Positions 1 through 9,906 of a DNA stretch of 64,000 nt are shown piece by piece (position 1 is the first letter of the stretch; every line of letters starts with the position of its first letter). This DNA comes from an uncultured Gammaproteobacteria bacterium (lineage in GTDB: Bacteria; Patescibacteriota; Microgenomatia; Levybacterales; GWA1-39-11): the NCBI GenBank assembly GCA_964511305.1, contig CAZEEU010000002.1, forward strand, positions 17,608-81,607, read 5' to 3'. The translations under genes and the position numbers were made by a program. The notes under the pieces are model-generated. The model saw only the letters and a list, made by a program, of their open reading frames with translations. It made no database searches and was not told the DNA's origin.

Positions 1-573
1 TATGTTTTTGGCGAATCCGAGTCTCCTCCTCTTTATATTTCGGATATCGCAAACATGTATGGAGTTTCAAGAGAATTAATAAAAATAGATGTAGACCAAA
101 CACTTACAGCTCTCCATGCCAATGCTCCATTGCATATTCAAGACAAATACAGTTTGGGAGAGCTGATTGGTACACCAGTTCCCAAGCTAGAAAGAAAGCC
201 GTATGTACCACCGTATCAAAGAGACCGCCTGGACCCAAAGGCCGATTTGGATAAAAGAGTTATTGATCAAACATTAACACGTGAAGAAGCTCAAGTAATC
301 ATTGCGGGGTCATCTGATGGAGAGCTACTTTCATACAGAAAAAGTGATATGTTCGTTGATTCAATACTTACAATCCAAAAAGAGGCTTGGGGGATTGCAA
401 ATAGAAGAATGAGCAAATATGCATTTGGTATTCTTGAAGGTGCTGGTTTGGTTGTCGCAGAAAGGGCTCATATTGTTCGTGGCAAACAAAAAGGAAGCCA
501 CAGATTTGTATGGAAAACAGACAAAGAGCTTGCGGTTAAAACCCTTATTAAGTTCGGCTACGATTCCGGATAA
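1..573 (+). CDS. Hypothetical protein, 5'-partial, with sigma70 region-4-like HTH
   Basis: Frame is open from base 1; ISDIANMYGVSRELIK resembles the sigma70 r4 HTH pattern. Confidence 0.55.
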   Translation, partial: YVFGESESPPLYISDIANMYGVSRELIKIDVDQTLTALHANAPLHIQDKYSLGELIGTPVPKLERKPYVPPYQRDRLDPKADLDKRVIDQTLTREEAQVIIAGSSDGELLSYRKSDMFVDSILTIQKEAWGIANRRMSKYAFGILEGAGLVVAERAHIVRGKQKGSHRFVWKTDKELAVKTLIKFGYDSG

Positions 574-604
574 AGATTCAAAAATTTTATTTTTCGATCT
601 TAGA

Positions 605-642
605 AGCTGCGCTGCAAATCTATCCTAGATTTGAGCTACGCT
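605..642 (-). repeat. Triple GNA-triloop hairpin cluster between convergent genes
   Basis: Minus strand AGC-GTA-GCT, CAAATCTA-GGA-TAGATTTG, AGC-GCA-GCT. Confidence 0.7.
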
Positions 643-715
643 ATAGAAATTCAGAAGTTCTACTTTTATATTTGGGTCACCCCTCCCTACTAATCCTATG
701 GAGTTCGAGATCACG

Positions 716-2065
716 TTACATTCGTCCGATTTTTTTGGAGAATTCAATTATTCGGGGGTCTACCATCACGTCATTTGGATAAATCTTTTTAGTTACAACC
801 ATTCCCTCAAGGGTTCTACACCGACTCAAGGCAACATACGTTTGACCATGAGTAAAAGGAGACTTTGTAAAATCAATATTGGCTTTATTAAATGTCATAC
901 CCTGGCTTTTATGAATAGTTATAGCCCATGCAAGTTTTAGCGGATATTGCTTTAATGTACCTAGCACTACCGGAACAACGCTTTGAGCATCCTCATCATA
1001 TTCGTATTTGATATTTTCCCACTCTTCTATTGGAACTGTCACAATTTCATGAAATCCAGGGTCATCTAATCTTACTTTTATAGAATCTTTATCTAATGAC
1101 TCAACAAAACCTGAAGTCCCATTAACCCAACGACGAGCTTTATCGTTCTTTATGAAAATTACCCTCGCACCTTTCTTAAGTTTTAAATCTATTTCAATAG
1201 GCAGCGTTCTTTCCTCAGTCGGAAAATTTCCTTCGACCGTTGCGTTATATGTAAATAATGGACCATCAATTTTGTTAAGCTCTGAATCGTTGATGCCAGC
1301 AACTACACTATTAGTTGTTGCAAGAGTTATAAATTCTCGTCTCACTTTTTCGTAGTCCTTTACTACAACCCTATCATTTATAAGAGCCATGTCTTGCATT
1401 GATACGTCCCCAATTCTAATTTTGTTAAGAAGTGAAATATATTGCTCATCTTTTTGCCTAAAAATGTGTGTAAGCTCAATAACAGCAAATCCGGAATCCG
1501 AAAATGCATTTGCACTGAAAAAATATGGCGACTCAAAAAATTGGCTAAAAATATGTGCCTCTTCTCGAGCAACTATCGGAGGTAGCTGATACAGGTCCCC
1601 AACTACTATCATTTGTATTCCTCCAAATGGAAGATTTCTATCTTTACCGTTAATTCTTAAGAACCTATCTAGAGCATCAAAAAGATCAGCACGTACCATA
1701 GAAATTTCGTCAATAATAACTACGTCCAAGTCCTTATACACTCGAGAATTAGAATGCCTAAATTGCACGTGAGGATCTAAAAATCTCGGTGGAAGATGGA
1801 AAAAAGAATGAACTGTTTGGCCTTTTACATTAATTGCAGCAAGTCCGGTTGGCGCAAGAACAACAGTCTTTTTCTTTGTTGTATTTCTAAAGTATTCAAT
1901 AAGCGTTGATTTTCCAGTCCCAGCTTTTCCTGTAATAAAAAGATTGAGATGTGTATTTTCCATGCTCTCGATGCAGTCGAGAAATTCTTGACTCATCTCG
2001 AAGGATTCTTCATTCCCAGTAACTAAATCTTTTATTTTTTTAATAGTCGTTGTTATAGATGACAT
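716..2065 (-). CDS. PIF1/RecD-like SF1B DNA helicase
   Basis: ITGKAGTGKST, IIDEISMV, GDLYQLPP, AWAITIHKSQGMT, YVALSR motifs. Confidence 0.92.
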   Translation of the reverse strand: MSSITTTIKKIKDLVTGNEESFEMSQEFLDCIESMENTHLNLFITGKAGTGKSTLIEYFRNTTKKKTVVLAPTGLAAINVKGQTVHSFFHLPPRFLDPHVQFRHSNSRVYKDLDVVIIDEISMVRADLFDALDRFLRINGKDRNLPFGGIQMIVVGDLYQLPPIVAREEAHIFSQFFESPYFFSANAFSDSGFAVIELTHIFRQKDEQYISLLNKIRIGDVSMQDMALINDRVVVKDYEKVRREFITLATTNSVVAGINDSELNKIDGPLFTYNATVEGNFPTEERTLPIEIDLKLKKGARVIFIKNDKARRWVNGTSGFVESLDKDSIKVRLDDPGFHEIVTVPIEEWENIKYEYDEDAQSVVPVVLGTLKQYPLKLAWAITIHKSQGMTFNKANIDFTKSPFTHGQTYVALSRCRTLEGMVVTKKIYPNDVMVDPRIIEFSKKIGRM

Positions 2066-2568
2066 TTATAGAACAATCAGTATATCACTGCTTTAAGATG
2101 GGCTGCTATAATGTCATAACAATACAAATTCCACTCATCCCCTACTTTAAAACTTCCCGCTACAGAGTCGCTGCCATGGTTGAGCTTTCAGAAATTAAAG
2201 AAGGTGAACGAGTTGCAGATCTTGGATCAGGGGACGGTCGTATTTCAATTGCTTTCGGCAAAAAAGGAGCAATAGTTACAGGATACGAATTAGACGATAG
2301 ACTCATAGATGAATCACAAAAAGAAATCCAAAATCAAAAACTAGAAAAAAATGTAATTATTAAAAAGGAAGATTTTTGGAATACAGACCTTTCTTCATAT
2401 GACGTAATTGTTATCTATCCTATGCCAGACATAATGGCACCTCTTGAAGAAAAGCTTATGAAAGAATTACGCAGAGGAACACGCGTTCTTTCAAATTTTT
2501 ATACTTTTCCTAATTGGAAATACACGGAATGCAAAGATAAGATTTATTTATACGAGTATAATGAATAA
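2059..2568 (+). CDS. Class I SAM-dependent methyltransferase (start uncertain)
   Basis: DLGSGDGR motif I; PYFKT N-terminal motif. Confidence 0.85.
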   Translation: MTFIEQSVYHCFKMGCYNVITIQIPLIPYFKTSRYRVAAMVELSEIKEGERVADLGSGDGRISIAFGKKGAIVTGYELDDRLIDESQKEIQNQKLEKNVIIKKEDFWNTDLSSYDVIVIYPMPDIMAPLEEKLMKELRRGTRVLSNFYTFPNWKYTECKDKIYLYEYNE

Positions 2569-3688
2569 AGTGTTCATACCTCACAAAATTCCTCGCTTCA
2601 TGCTCATTGGGCTTTCAGACCCTCGGGCTCCCAAGGAAGAAATGTATTCAGATTTTGAAGAGGTAGAAAGTCTAGTTACAACTTTTGGAGGAACTGTGGA
2701 GGCAGCACTAGTCCAGAACCAAACAAGAGGAGCCTCTGGCACATTTATTGGCCATGGGAAAGTAACGGAGGCACTTGAAGTTATTAAGGAAAATGAAATC
2801 GACGTTGTTGTTATTAATGTTGCCATCAAACCAGGACAAATCCATGAACTTCTCCTTGCATTCCAAAAGGCTAATCCAAATATTGTTGTCTGGGACAGAG
2901 TAAGTCTTATTCTTGAAATATTTTCAAAAAATGCCTCCACTATGGAAGCCAAACTGCAAATAAAATTTGCAAAGCTAAGACAGATGGGACCAAGGATTTA
3001 TGGAATGGGAATGGAACTTTCAAATCAGGCAGCCGGTATTGGCGCAAAAGGAGCTGGCGAGACTAATACAGAGCTTATGCTTAGGCACTGGAAAAATGAA
3101 AAACATAAAATCCAAGAAGAATTAGCAATCCTTTCAAAACAAAAACTAGGACAAATCGATCACCGAAGAAAATTAGGAGCTCCTACAATTTCACTAGTAG
3201 GATATACCAATGCAGGAAAGACAACGTTATTTAATCGACTATCTGGACAGAATGATCTTGTAAAAGACGCGCTCTTTGCAACACTAGATAGTACTGTTAA
3301 TAAGTTTTATTTAAAAAACGCAAAGCGTGAAGTATACATTTCAGATACGATCGGCTTTATTAAGAATTTACCTCCTGAGTTAATTGATGCATTTAAATCT
3401 ACCCTCCTTGAGACAATTCACGCAGACGTAGTTCTTCATGTAATTGATTGTAGCGATCCGCAAATGGAATCAAAAATTATCACAGTTGAGGAAATCTTTG
3501 GTGATCTGAAGATTAAAAGAGAAAGTGTTATGTATGTTTTTAACAAAGTAGAAGATCTAAAGTCCGACAAAGAGATGATTATTGAACAATACAAAGAGTT
3601 CTCCCCTACTTTTATCAGTGCAAAAAAAGGAGATGGCATAGATGATCTTTTGGAGGCAATTACAAAACGCCTGCCCAATTTATCCTAG
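2561..3688 (+). CDS. hflX: GTPase HflX
   Basis: GAGET, VGYTNAGKTTLFN, LFATLD, DTIGFI, AFKSTL, NKVE. Confidence 0.95.
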   Translation: MNKVFIPHKIPRFMLIGLSDPRAPKEEMYSDFEEVESLVTTFGGTVEAALVQNQTRGASGTFIGHGKVTEALEVIKENEIDVVVINVAIKPGQIHELLLAFQKANPNIVVWDRVSLILEIFSKNASTMEAKLQIKFAKLRQMGPRIYGMGMELSNQAAGIGAKGAGETNTELMLRHWKNEKHKIQEELAILSKQKLGQIDHRRKLGAPTISLVGYTNAGKTTLFNRLSGQNDLVKDALFATLDSTVNKFYLKNAKREVYISDTIGFIKNLPPELIDAFKSTLLETIHADVVLHVIDCSDPQMESKIITVEEIFGDLKIKRESVMYVFNKVEDLKSDKEMIIEQYKEFSPTFISAKKGDGIDDLLEAITKRLPNLS

Positions 3689-3708
3689 AGTCTGCTATAA
3701 TGAGCTTC

Positions 3709-4323
3709 ATGGGAAATTACGGACGAGACAATAACTCAAGAGGACGCAGCTACAACGATAGAGGCGGAGCAGGTTTTGGAGATCGCGAGATGTTCAAGGC
3801 AACTTGTGCAGACTGTGGAAAGGCATGCGAAATTCCATTTAAACCATCGAATGGTAGACCCGTATATTGCAGAGATTGTTTCAAAAAACATGCTCCTCAA
3901 GACGCTAGAGGAGGAGAAAGAAGTAATTTCTCAAGAGATCGTAATGATAGAGGAGGAAGAAATACTCAAGATAGACCCATGTTTGATGCCGTTTGTGATA
4001 ACTGCGGAAATAACTGTCGAGTACCATTCGCTCCTCGAGAAGGCAAAGAAACGCTTTGTAGTAACTGCTTTGAGGCAAAAGGCGGAGATCCAAGAAGCAC
4101 AAGCAATCAAAGCTCTCAAGCTCTAAATGATATAAATGCAAAACTAGATAAAATTTTAGAGCTACTCTCTCCTACTCCAAAACAATCAAAGAAAGAAACG
4201 AAAGCAGAAGTTCTCGTTGAAGAAAATATAGTCGAAGAAGTACCTACTGAAGAGGTAGAACAGGCTGAGGAAATCGAAGTTAAAAAGCCAAAAACAAAAA
4301 AGAAAGCCGCAAAGTCAGAGTAA
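3709..4323 (+). CDS. Tandem CxxC-x17-CxxC zinc-ribbon protein
   Basis: CADCGKACEIPFKPSNGRPVYCRDC and CDNCGNNCRVPFAPREGKETLCSNC; TATAAT 7 nt upstream of ATG 3709. Confidence 0.88.
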   Translation: MGNYGRDNNSRGRSYNDRGGAGFGDREMFKATCADCGKACEIPFKPSNGRPVYCRDCFKKHAPQDARGGERSNFSRDRNDRGGRNTQDRPMFDAVCDNCGNNCRVPFAPREGKETLCSNCFEAKGGDPRSTSNQSSQALNDINAKLDKILELLSPTPKQSKKETKAEVLVEENIVEEVPTEEVEQAEEIEVKKPKTKKKAAKSE

Positions 4324-4331
4324 TTTTAGCC

Positions 4332-4919
4332 TTAGCAGCTCCCACCGGGAATATTCACCGTAATTCTTTCAAATCCAAAAGAAGACAGTATTGATGTAAT
4401 CTGCTTCCTGCCATTCTCACTAGTAGTTGTAAGTATCCCACCAGCACACGCAGCGCCTCTTATAGCATTTACAGCCTCCACTCTTGCGTCGCTTTCCAAA
4501 TTATTATCCGAACCCACTAATAACCCTTGCTGTCTATCATAGACTCTGGTTTCGGACTCATTAAGACTTGTTGATAATATTGTCGGAGGTGGGAAATTTA
4601 TAGTAATTGATTTACCTTCAATCTTTACACTATCTTCAGTTAGACTTGCAAAATCAAATCCTCCTACAACTTCACCATGTGCGATCAAAAGTATCCTATT
4701 TCCAAAAAGAACTCTTTGAAAAACATTTCCACTCTCCCCTCTATCAATTATCTTTTCGATAGAATATGAAGCCGTTTCCCATCTATTCAAATTTCGTATT
4801 TTTTCAATAACGGCGTGGTCATTGTACTTTTGCTTGAACGCTGATGAGAAAAAGAATCCTAGAACCACTATTGCAAGGATCGGGAAAAGAATAATGAGGG
4901 CAATTTTTAATCTATTCAT
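4332..4919 (-). CDS. DUF4230-like membrane-anchored protein
   Basis: N-terminal TM; LLIAHGEVVGGFDF, ITINFPPPTIL, ACAGGIL pattern. Confidence 0.7.
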   Translation of the reverse strand: MNRLKIALIILFPILAIVVLGFFFSSAFKQKYNDHAVIEKIRNLNRWETASYSIEKIIDRGESGNVFQRVLFGNRILLIAHGEVVGGFDFASLTEDSVKIEGKSITINFPPPTILSTSLNESETRVYDRQQGLLVGSDNNLESDARVEAVNAIRGAACAGGILTTTSENGRKQITSILSSFGFERITVNIPGGSC

Positions 4920-4938
4920 ATATATAGTGTAGCAGAAT

Positions 4939-5415
4939 TTAAATCGCTAAAAGATACCCGCTAACCAATGGACGAAGAATAGCTTTAGACTTCTCGTACT
5001 TACCCCACCGCACTACATCTCGCTCGGTCGGTTCACCATTAATTCTTCGCCTGTCTGTATTATGCGTGAGATCAGCAAATTTCATATCAATTGCTAGTTG
5101 ATTACCTGAATCGGCAATTTTGTGGATTTTTTTGAAATACGCTTCGTGTGTTCCATCAAAATCTGGGTCATGAGTAACTAATCTTAGCGCATCTATAACA
5201 TGAGGAGGACAACCCATATCCAGAAGCTCTTCAAAGGTAATAGGAGAATCTTCTACAACATCGTGTATTATTGCCAAAAGCTTTGCATCATGCCCTTCTA
5301 CCAATTCCATAACACCCATTGGGTGATTTATGTAGTCGACTCCAGCTTTATCTACCTGCCCTTCGTGGGCTTCAAAGGCAACAGCAGTTGCGAGTTCAAG
5401 GGAAAACTCAACCAT
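4939..5415 (-). CDS. Small HD-domain protein, (p)ppGpp hydrolase-like
   Basis: AHEGQVDKAGVDYINHP, IHDVVED, KFADLTHN match the RelA/SpoT HD domain. Confidence 0.82.
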   Translation of the reverse strand: MVEFSLELATAVAFEAHEGQVDKAGVDYINHPMGVMELVEGHDAKLLAIIHDVVEDSPITFEELLDMGCPPHVIDALRLVTHDPDFDGTHEAYFKKIHKIADSGNQLAIDMKFADLTHNTDRRRINGEPTERDVVRWGKYEKSKAILRPLVSGYLLAI

Positions 5416-5480
5416 TCTTATTGTAAAAATAATATCACATAAAATTGACATTGTAAGGACTTTGCATCTACGATGAATGC

Positions 5481-5927
5481 ATGGGTATTCTTGATAAATT
5501 AATGATCTTTGCAGCAGGTAAGGACGCTGAAGGAAAAATTCCTGTTCAGGCAACTACAAATCTTCCGAAGATAATGATTGTTGAGGCTGATCCAGCACTA
5601 AAAGCTCAATATATTCTGCTTTTACCAGCGGATAAATATTCAGTAAGCTCCTCAGTAAATGGTGCTGAGGCACTTAATATGTTACTTACCTTTCAGCCTT
5701 CCATCATACTTATCGATCTTAATCTTCCGGTCATGGACGGTAAAGAGCTTCTTCACCATATTCGTGCGATTCCTGAGTACAAAGTTACGCCTGTACTAGT
5801 AGTTTCTGATAAAGGAGATATAGACACAATTAGACAGGTTAAGCTTTATGATGGAGCAAAGGGATTTTTAATCAAAGAAAATGTTACACCAGAACAGACA
5901 ATAGCAACACTTCTTGATCTAATGTAG
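5481..5927 (+). CDS. Stand-alone response regulator receiver
   Basis: IILIDLNLPVMDG, FLIK. Confidence 0.85.
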   Translation: MGILDKLMIFAAGKDAEGKIPVQATTNLPKIMIVEADPALKAQYILLLPADKYSVSSSVNGAEALNMLLTFQPSIILIDLNLPVMDGKELLHHIRAIPEYKVTPVLVVSDKGDIDTIRQVKLYDGAKGFLIKENVTPEQTIATLLDLM

Positions 5928-5928
5928 T

Positions 5929-6693
5929 CTACTTTATAGGAATATTTATGAAAGGTGTACCGCTTGTAGCATTTGGCAATTTTCCATCCCATTTCTGAAC
6001 AGCTAAAAATTGTAAATATTCAGCAGTAAGACTCCCACTATCCCTTAATATCTTTTGTGCATCAGCCTGCCCTTGGGCCTGAGTTGTTGCTGTTGTTGCC
6101 TCAATTCTTGCTTTCTCATAATTTTGTTGCGCGACTTGTTTTTGTTCAATCGACTGATTGAAGTCTTGCGAAAAATCGAAGTTAACAATATTAAAATCAT
6201 CAACTATTACATTAAAGACATTAAGTCTTTCCTTTAGATGAGATAGTGCTTCCTGCTTAACCGCTTCTCTTTTAGTTATTAGCTCTGTTGCCGTAAATTT
6301 GGCAGTCGTTGCTTTAAATGCCTCTTGGATTGCAGGATCGATGATTCTTTCCTTATATAACGAGCCAATATTCTGGTAAACAACCACTGCCTTTTCTGCT
6401 CTTAAATGAAAATTAAGCGCAATCGTACTTTGCACTTCTTGCAAATCCTTTGAGGCTGCCCTAGCATCTACTTGCTCTTTTTGTGTTCTAGTCTCCATCA
6501 AAGTCACTCCTTCAATAAAAGGAACTTTGAAATTAAGTCCTGGGTTGACTACTCTATTCACTGCGCCAAATCGAGTAATAACCCCTACACTTCCTGCCTC
6601 AACAACAGCAAAGGATGAAGCAAACATAGCAATAAAAATAATAACTACTACACCAACTCCTATTATTTTCGGAAGATTTGCCTGAATATTCAT
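5929..6693 (-). CDS. SPFH/Band 7/prohibitin family protein
   Basis: GSVGVITRFG, PGLNFKVPFI, SKDLQ, KWDGKLP. Confidence 0.93.
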   Translation of the reverse strand: MNIQANLPKIIGVGVVVIIFIAMFASSFAVVEAGSVGVITRFGAVNRVVNPGLNFKVPFIEGVTLMETRTQKEQVDARAASKDLQEVQSTIALNFHLRAEKAVVVYQNIGSLYKERIIDPAIQEAFKATTAKFTATELITKREAVKQEALSHLKERLNVFNVIVDDFNIVNFDFSQDFNQSIEQKQVAQQNYEKARIEATTATTQAQGQADAQKILRDSGSLTAEYLQFLAVQKWDGKLPNATSGTPFINIPIK

Positions 6694-6780
6694 TTGACTT
6701 GAATGATAACACTAAGCAACATTAATTTCTACTCAATCTTATTCATATCACTCACACTTTCGACATGATATTATAAATTT

Positions 6781-7551
6781 ATGCAGTATAAGGCTTTGAT
6801 GCTTGACGTAGATGGCACGCTTATTCCCTATGAATATGGTGCCCTTCCCACTAAAAGGGTCAGGGAGGCAATTAAAAAAGCAAAAGAAAAAGTTGCAGTT
6901 TGCATAGTTACTGGGAGATCATACAAATCAACAAAAGGAATTCTTAATAGTCTTAATTTAAAAGATGGCATCGCCGTAGTTGATGGCGGTGCAATCGTAA
7001 TTGATATCGGAACAGAGAAAATTCTGTCGTCTAACTTTATTTCTGAAGAAGATGTAGAGTTAGTACTTTCTGTATTTGAAAAGGAAAGCGCTCATTTATT
7101 TATTAAAGATGCAAAAAGCCGTCTAGATATTAGAGATCATTATGACCCGTACGTACAGGGTCAAAAATTCGAACTTGTAAGCCAATTTTTTACAGACGAA
7201 GTTTTTACCCTTGAAGCAACACATGGAATTTTAAAGAAACTTTCCTCCCCTACCCTCACCACATTTAGGTCAAAACACAAAGATCCCAATTTATATGGCT
7301 TAAATATTGCAAATATCCATGCGTCAAAACTTCATGGTGTACTTTTTGTGAGTCAAAAACTTGGAATTAATAGGTCAGAGATGATTGGGGTTGGGGATGG
7401 ATACAATGATTTTCCGCTTCTTGAGGCTTGTGGATTAAAAGTCGCAATGGGAAATGCACTTGAGGATCTAAAAGGAATTGCTGATTACATCGCACCCTCT
7501 GTTGATGAAGATGGAGTTGCTAATGTTATTGAAAAATTTATTCTTATATGA
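6781..7551 (+). CDS. Cof-type HAD-IIB hydrolase
   Basis: DVDGTL, VTGR, GDGYND, AMGNA. Confidence 0.93.
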   Translation: MQYKALMLDVDGTLIPYEYGALPTKRVREAIKKAKEKVAVCIVTGRSYKSTKGILNSLNLKDGIAVVDGGAIVIDIGTEKILSSNFISEEDVELVLSVFEKESAHLFIKDAKSRLDIRDHYDPYVQGQKFELVSQFFTDEVFTLEATHGILKKLSSPTLTTFRSKHKDPNLYGLNIANIHASKLHGVLFVSQKLGINRSEMIGVGDGYNDFPLLEACGLKVAMGNALEDLKGIADYIAPSVDEDGVANVIEKFILI

Positions 7552-7994
7552 AAAAACTTTTGGTCATTTTTATTGCTGCACTTTTCTTCTTTCTACCTAA
7601 ATTATCATTTGCAGCAGACATTTCAACTACAGACAAGCTCATTACTGTTGATCTAGGCAAGCAAAAGCTTTATGCATGGGAAGGTGGAAGAATACAGAAG
7701 GAATTTAGCGTCTCAACAGGAATGCGCTACACGCCAACGGTTAGGGGGAGTTTTAAGATTTATATCAAAAATGAAAAGCAAAATATGAAAGGAAGCTACC
7801 CTCCCTATGAACCTTATTTTCTAAAAAACGTTCCATATGTCATGTTCTTCAAAGGCTCCTACGCAATTCATGGCACTTATTGGCACAATAAATTTGGCTC
7901 CCGCGCATCTCACGGATGCGTTAACTTACGTGTTGAAGATGCTCAATGGGTCTATGAATGGGCCCCTATGGGAACCCGAGTTGAAGTCTTCTAG
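7548..7994 (+). CDS. L,D-transpeptidase (YkuD domain), secreted
   Basis: Signal peptide; AIHGTYWHN...SHGCVNL. Confidence 0.93.
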   Translation: MKKLLVIFIAALFFFLPKLSFAADISTTDKLITVDLGKQKLYAWEGGRIQKEFSVSTGMRYTPTVRGSFKIYIKNEKQNMKGSYPPYEPYFLKNVPYVMFFKGSYAIHGTYWHNKFGSRASHGCVNLRVEDAQWVYEWAPMGTRVEVF

Positions 7995-8031
7995 TATTTT
8001 TCTATCTTATAATCTGTTAAAATGTCGGCCT

Positions 8032-8640
8032 ATGGAAAATGGTCAGAGGCCGCGTCTTGCGGAAATACCAAATGTTAGTATTCATGTATCTGAGAATCCC
8101 CATACACTCCCCTTGGTTAGAAAAACGTTAGGATTTATCGGGAAAACTTCTAGAATGATAGGGGAAGATTTTGTAGCAAGCTATTCTACTAATCGGGCGC
8201 AAGCAATTGGAAACCCCCATCCATCAAGTCTAGATTTCTTGATAAAAAGAAATCTCCATTTACCTCAATTTGGGGTTTTTGATGCATTAACAGCGGGTGT
8301 CTTTCTAAATGCTGCAGGCTTAGACCATCAGATTGAACCCGATAATCTTTTGTTGGTATTTCAATTCCCTCAATTAACTGCCCGCTGGAATAGACGTAAA
8401 TATGAAGAAGAAAAACCTGAAAATTCTGTTATTAATTGGGGGAAATTTAGCTACCCCTTTAAGAGAGTTGTTTGGAATAATGTAAAGCTTTATTCAGAAA
8501 AAAGTCAGGAACTCACTTTTGATAGAATAAATGGCGAAGGAGAACATGACAGTAGCCTGTATCATTATGTCTGGGAAGTTGCATTACCTGAAGAAAAAAA
8601 AGAATATTTAAGAAGAAGTGGATTTAACCCCTCAAAATAA
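8032..8640 (+). CDS. Hypothetical protein
   Basis: Open frame; TAAAAT just upstream of ATG 8032; no recognised motif. Confidence 0.6.
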   Translation: MENGQRPRLAEIPNVSIHVSENPHTLPLVRKTLGFIGKTSRMIGEDFVASYSTNRAQAIGNPHPSSLDFLIKRNLHLPQFGVFDALTAGVFLNAAGLDHQIEPDNLLLVFQFPQLTARWNRRKYEEEKPENSVINWGKFSYPFKRVVWNNVKLYSEKSQELTFDRINGEGEHDSSLYHYVWEVALPEEKKEYLRRSGFNPSK

Positions 8641-8661
8641 TTTCCGTTAATTGTTAAGTGG

Positions 8662-8697
8662 TCCGGCACCCGCAGCTAAAAAGCCACGGGTGCCGGA
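8662..8697. terminator. GC-rich hairpin between convergent genes
   Basis: TCCGGCACCCG / CGGGTGCCGGA 11-bp inverted repeat. Confidence 0.7.
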
Positions 8698-8717
8698 AAG
8701 ATCTGCTGGGATGAGCG

Positions 8718-9644
8718 CTAACTCTTGCTCGCCTTCTTGTGGCCGAGCGCAAGTACGTAAGCGCCGATGATGGCACCAAACACCATGAAGGTCAATGCCC
8801 ATGCCTGTGTTTGGCTGACAAGCATGCCTGTCCCCGAACTTGGCGGGGCTGGCGGTTTCGACGGCGTTATTGCCGTCGGTGTCCGCGTAGGCGTAGACTG
8901 CACCTCGGTTGGCGGTGCAGTCGGAGCCAAGGTCGGCGCGACAGTAGGCGAAGCTGTCGGTGGTACCTGCGTACCAGTCGGCGTTGCCGAAGGAGTCGTC
9001 GTCGGTGACAAAGTCCCCGTCGGCGTAGCCGTCGGGGTCTTGGTTTTGGTCGGTGTAGGCGTTGGCTCGACCGTGGTCGGTATAGCCGTCGGCGACGGCG
9101 TCAGGACAATGGTCGGTGTTGGTGGAGGAACCGTTGGGGTGGGCGTTGGCGGCCTACAATTGGGGTTGGGGCGATTAAGCCCCTCACCACCTGCACCATC
9201 CTCGTGGTGTTTGGCCAGCTCTTCCAATCCATACTGGCCTCCGGGTCCGCTCGTCAGGATGCTTCTCGGCGAACTGCCGATATAGACATCGAACTGAACG
9301 AAGCAGACATCGTCGGGTACGGACAGGTAGACTTTGACCGTCTGGCCAGCCTTGATCGTAACAGGCCCGTTCTGGCCAGCGATGTGCTGGTCACACACTT
9401 GGACGCTTGCGCATCCGTGTGTATTGAAGGCCTGAAACGTAGCGTTGTCGCACGTTACCGTACTGTTGTTCGTGACGGCTGCTCCTCCGAACCCGATGGG
9501 CGCCCATGTGAAATTGGCACCCACGCATTCGGAGGGACTTGCACTTACCGTGCGAGGCTGCGGCACCACTGCCACCAATCCCGCGATGAACGCGGCGACC
9601 AGTGGGATCAGTAGTAGCCAAGAACGACCTGCGGGTTTTCTCAA
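8718..9644 (-). CDS. High-GC secreted Pro/Thr-rich surface protein with C-terminal sorting-like signal
   Basis: AAGGAGG SD 7 nt before TTG 9644; signal peptide, Cys-containing domain, PT linker, PPSSGTG + TM + basic tail. Confidence 0.8.
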   Translation of the reverse strand: MRKPAGRSWLLLIPLVAAFIAGLVAVVPQPRTVSASPSECVGANFTWAPIGFGGAAVTNNSTVTCDNATFQAFNTHGCASVQVCDQHIAGQNGPVTIKAGQTVKVYLSVPDDVCFVQFDVYIGSSPRSILTSGPGGQYGLEELAKHHEDGAGGEGLNRPNPNCRPPTPTPTVPPPTPTIVLTPSPTAIPTTVEPTPTPTKTKTPTATPTGTLSPTTTPSATPTGTQVPPTASPTVAPTLAPTAPPTEVQSTPTRTPTAITPSKPPAPPSSGTGMLVSQTQAWALTFMVFGAIIGAYVLALGHKKASKS

Positions 9645-9740
9645 AACCCAACCTCCTTGTCTCACCTTTCCGGCGAGGGCAAACGCAGGCAAAGTATTAC
9701 CTAAGTTTGTTCTCGCCGAAAAATAGCAGATTTTTAAAGA

Positions 9741-9836
9741 ACTGCTAGTCCATATCCATAGCGCGCAAATTTGCTAAACGTAGTTAGCATTAAATGCTAA
9801 ACGCAGTAGCAAATTGCTATGGGATAGAAAAGCAGT
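9741..9836 (+). repeat. Branched (cloverleaf) inverted-repeat structure with GNA triloops
   Basis: Nested stems ACTGCT/AGCAGT, CCATAGC/GCTATGG, AATTTGCTA/TAGCAAATT enclosing AAC-GTA-GTT, AGCAT-TAA-ATGCT, AC-GCA-GT. Confidence 0.75.
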
Positions 9837-9906
9837 CAAATCATACCACAAAACGGTCAAAATTCAATTAAATTGACATAAAATTACGACAAATGTAATA
9901 TGAGTT

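Noticed and set aside
8739-9726. Plus-strand ORFs 8739, 8767, 9204, 9445
   Set aside because: Antisense shadows of the high-GC Pro/Thr-rich gene; Val/Gly-rich mirror translation.
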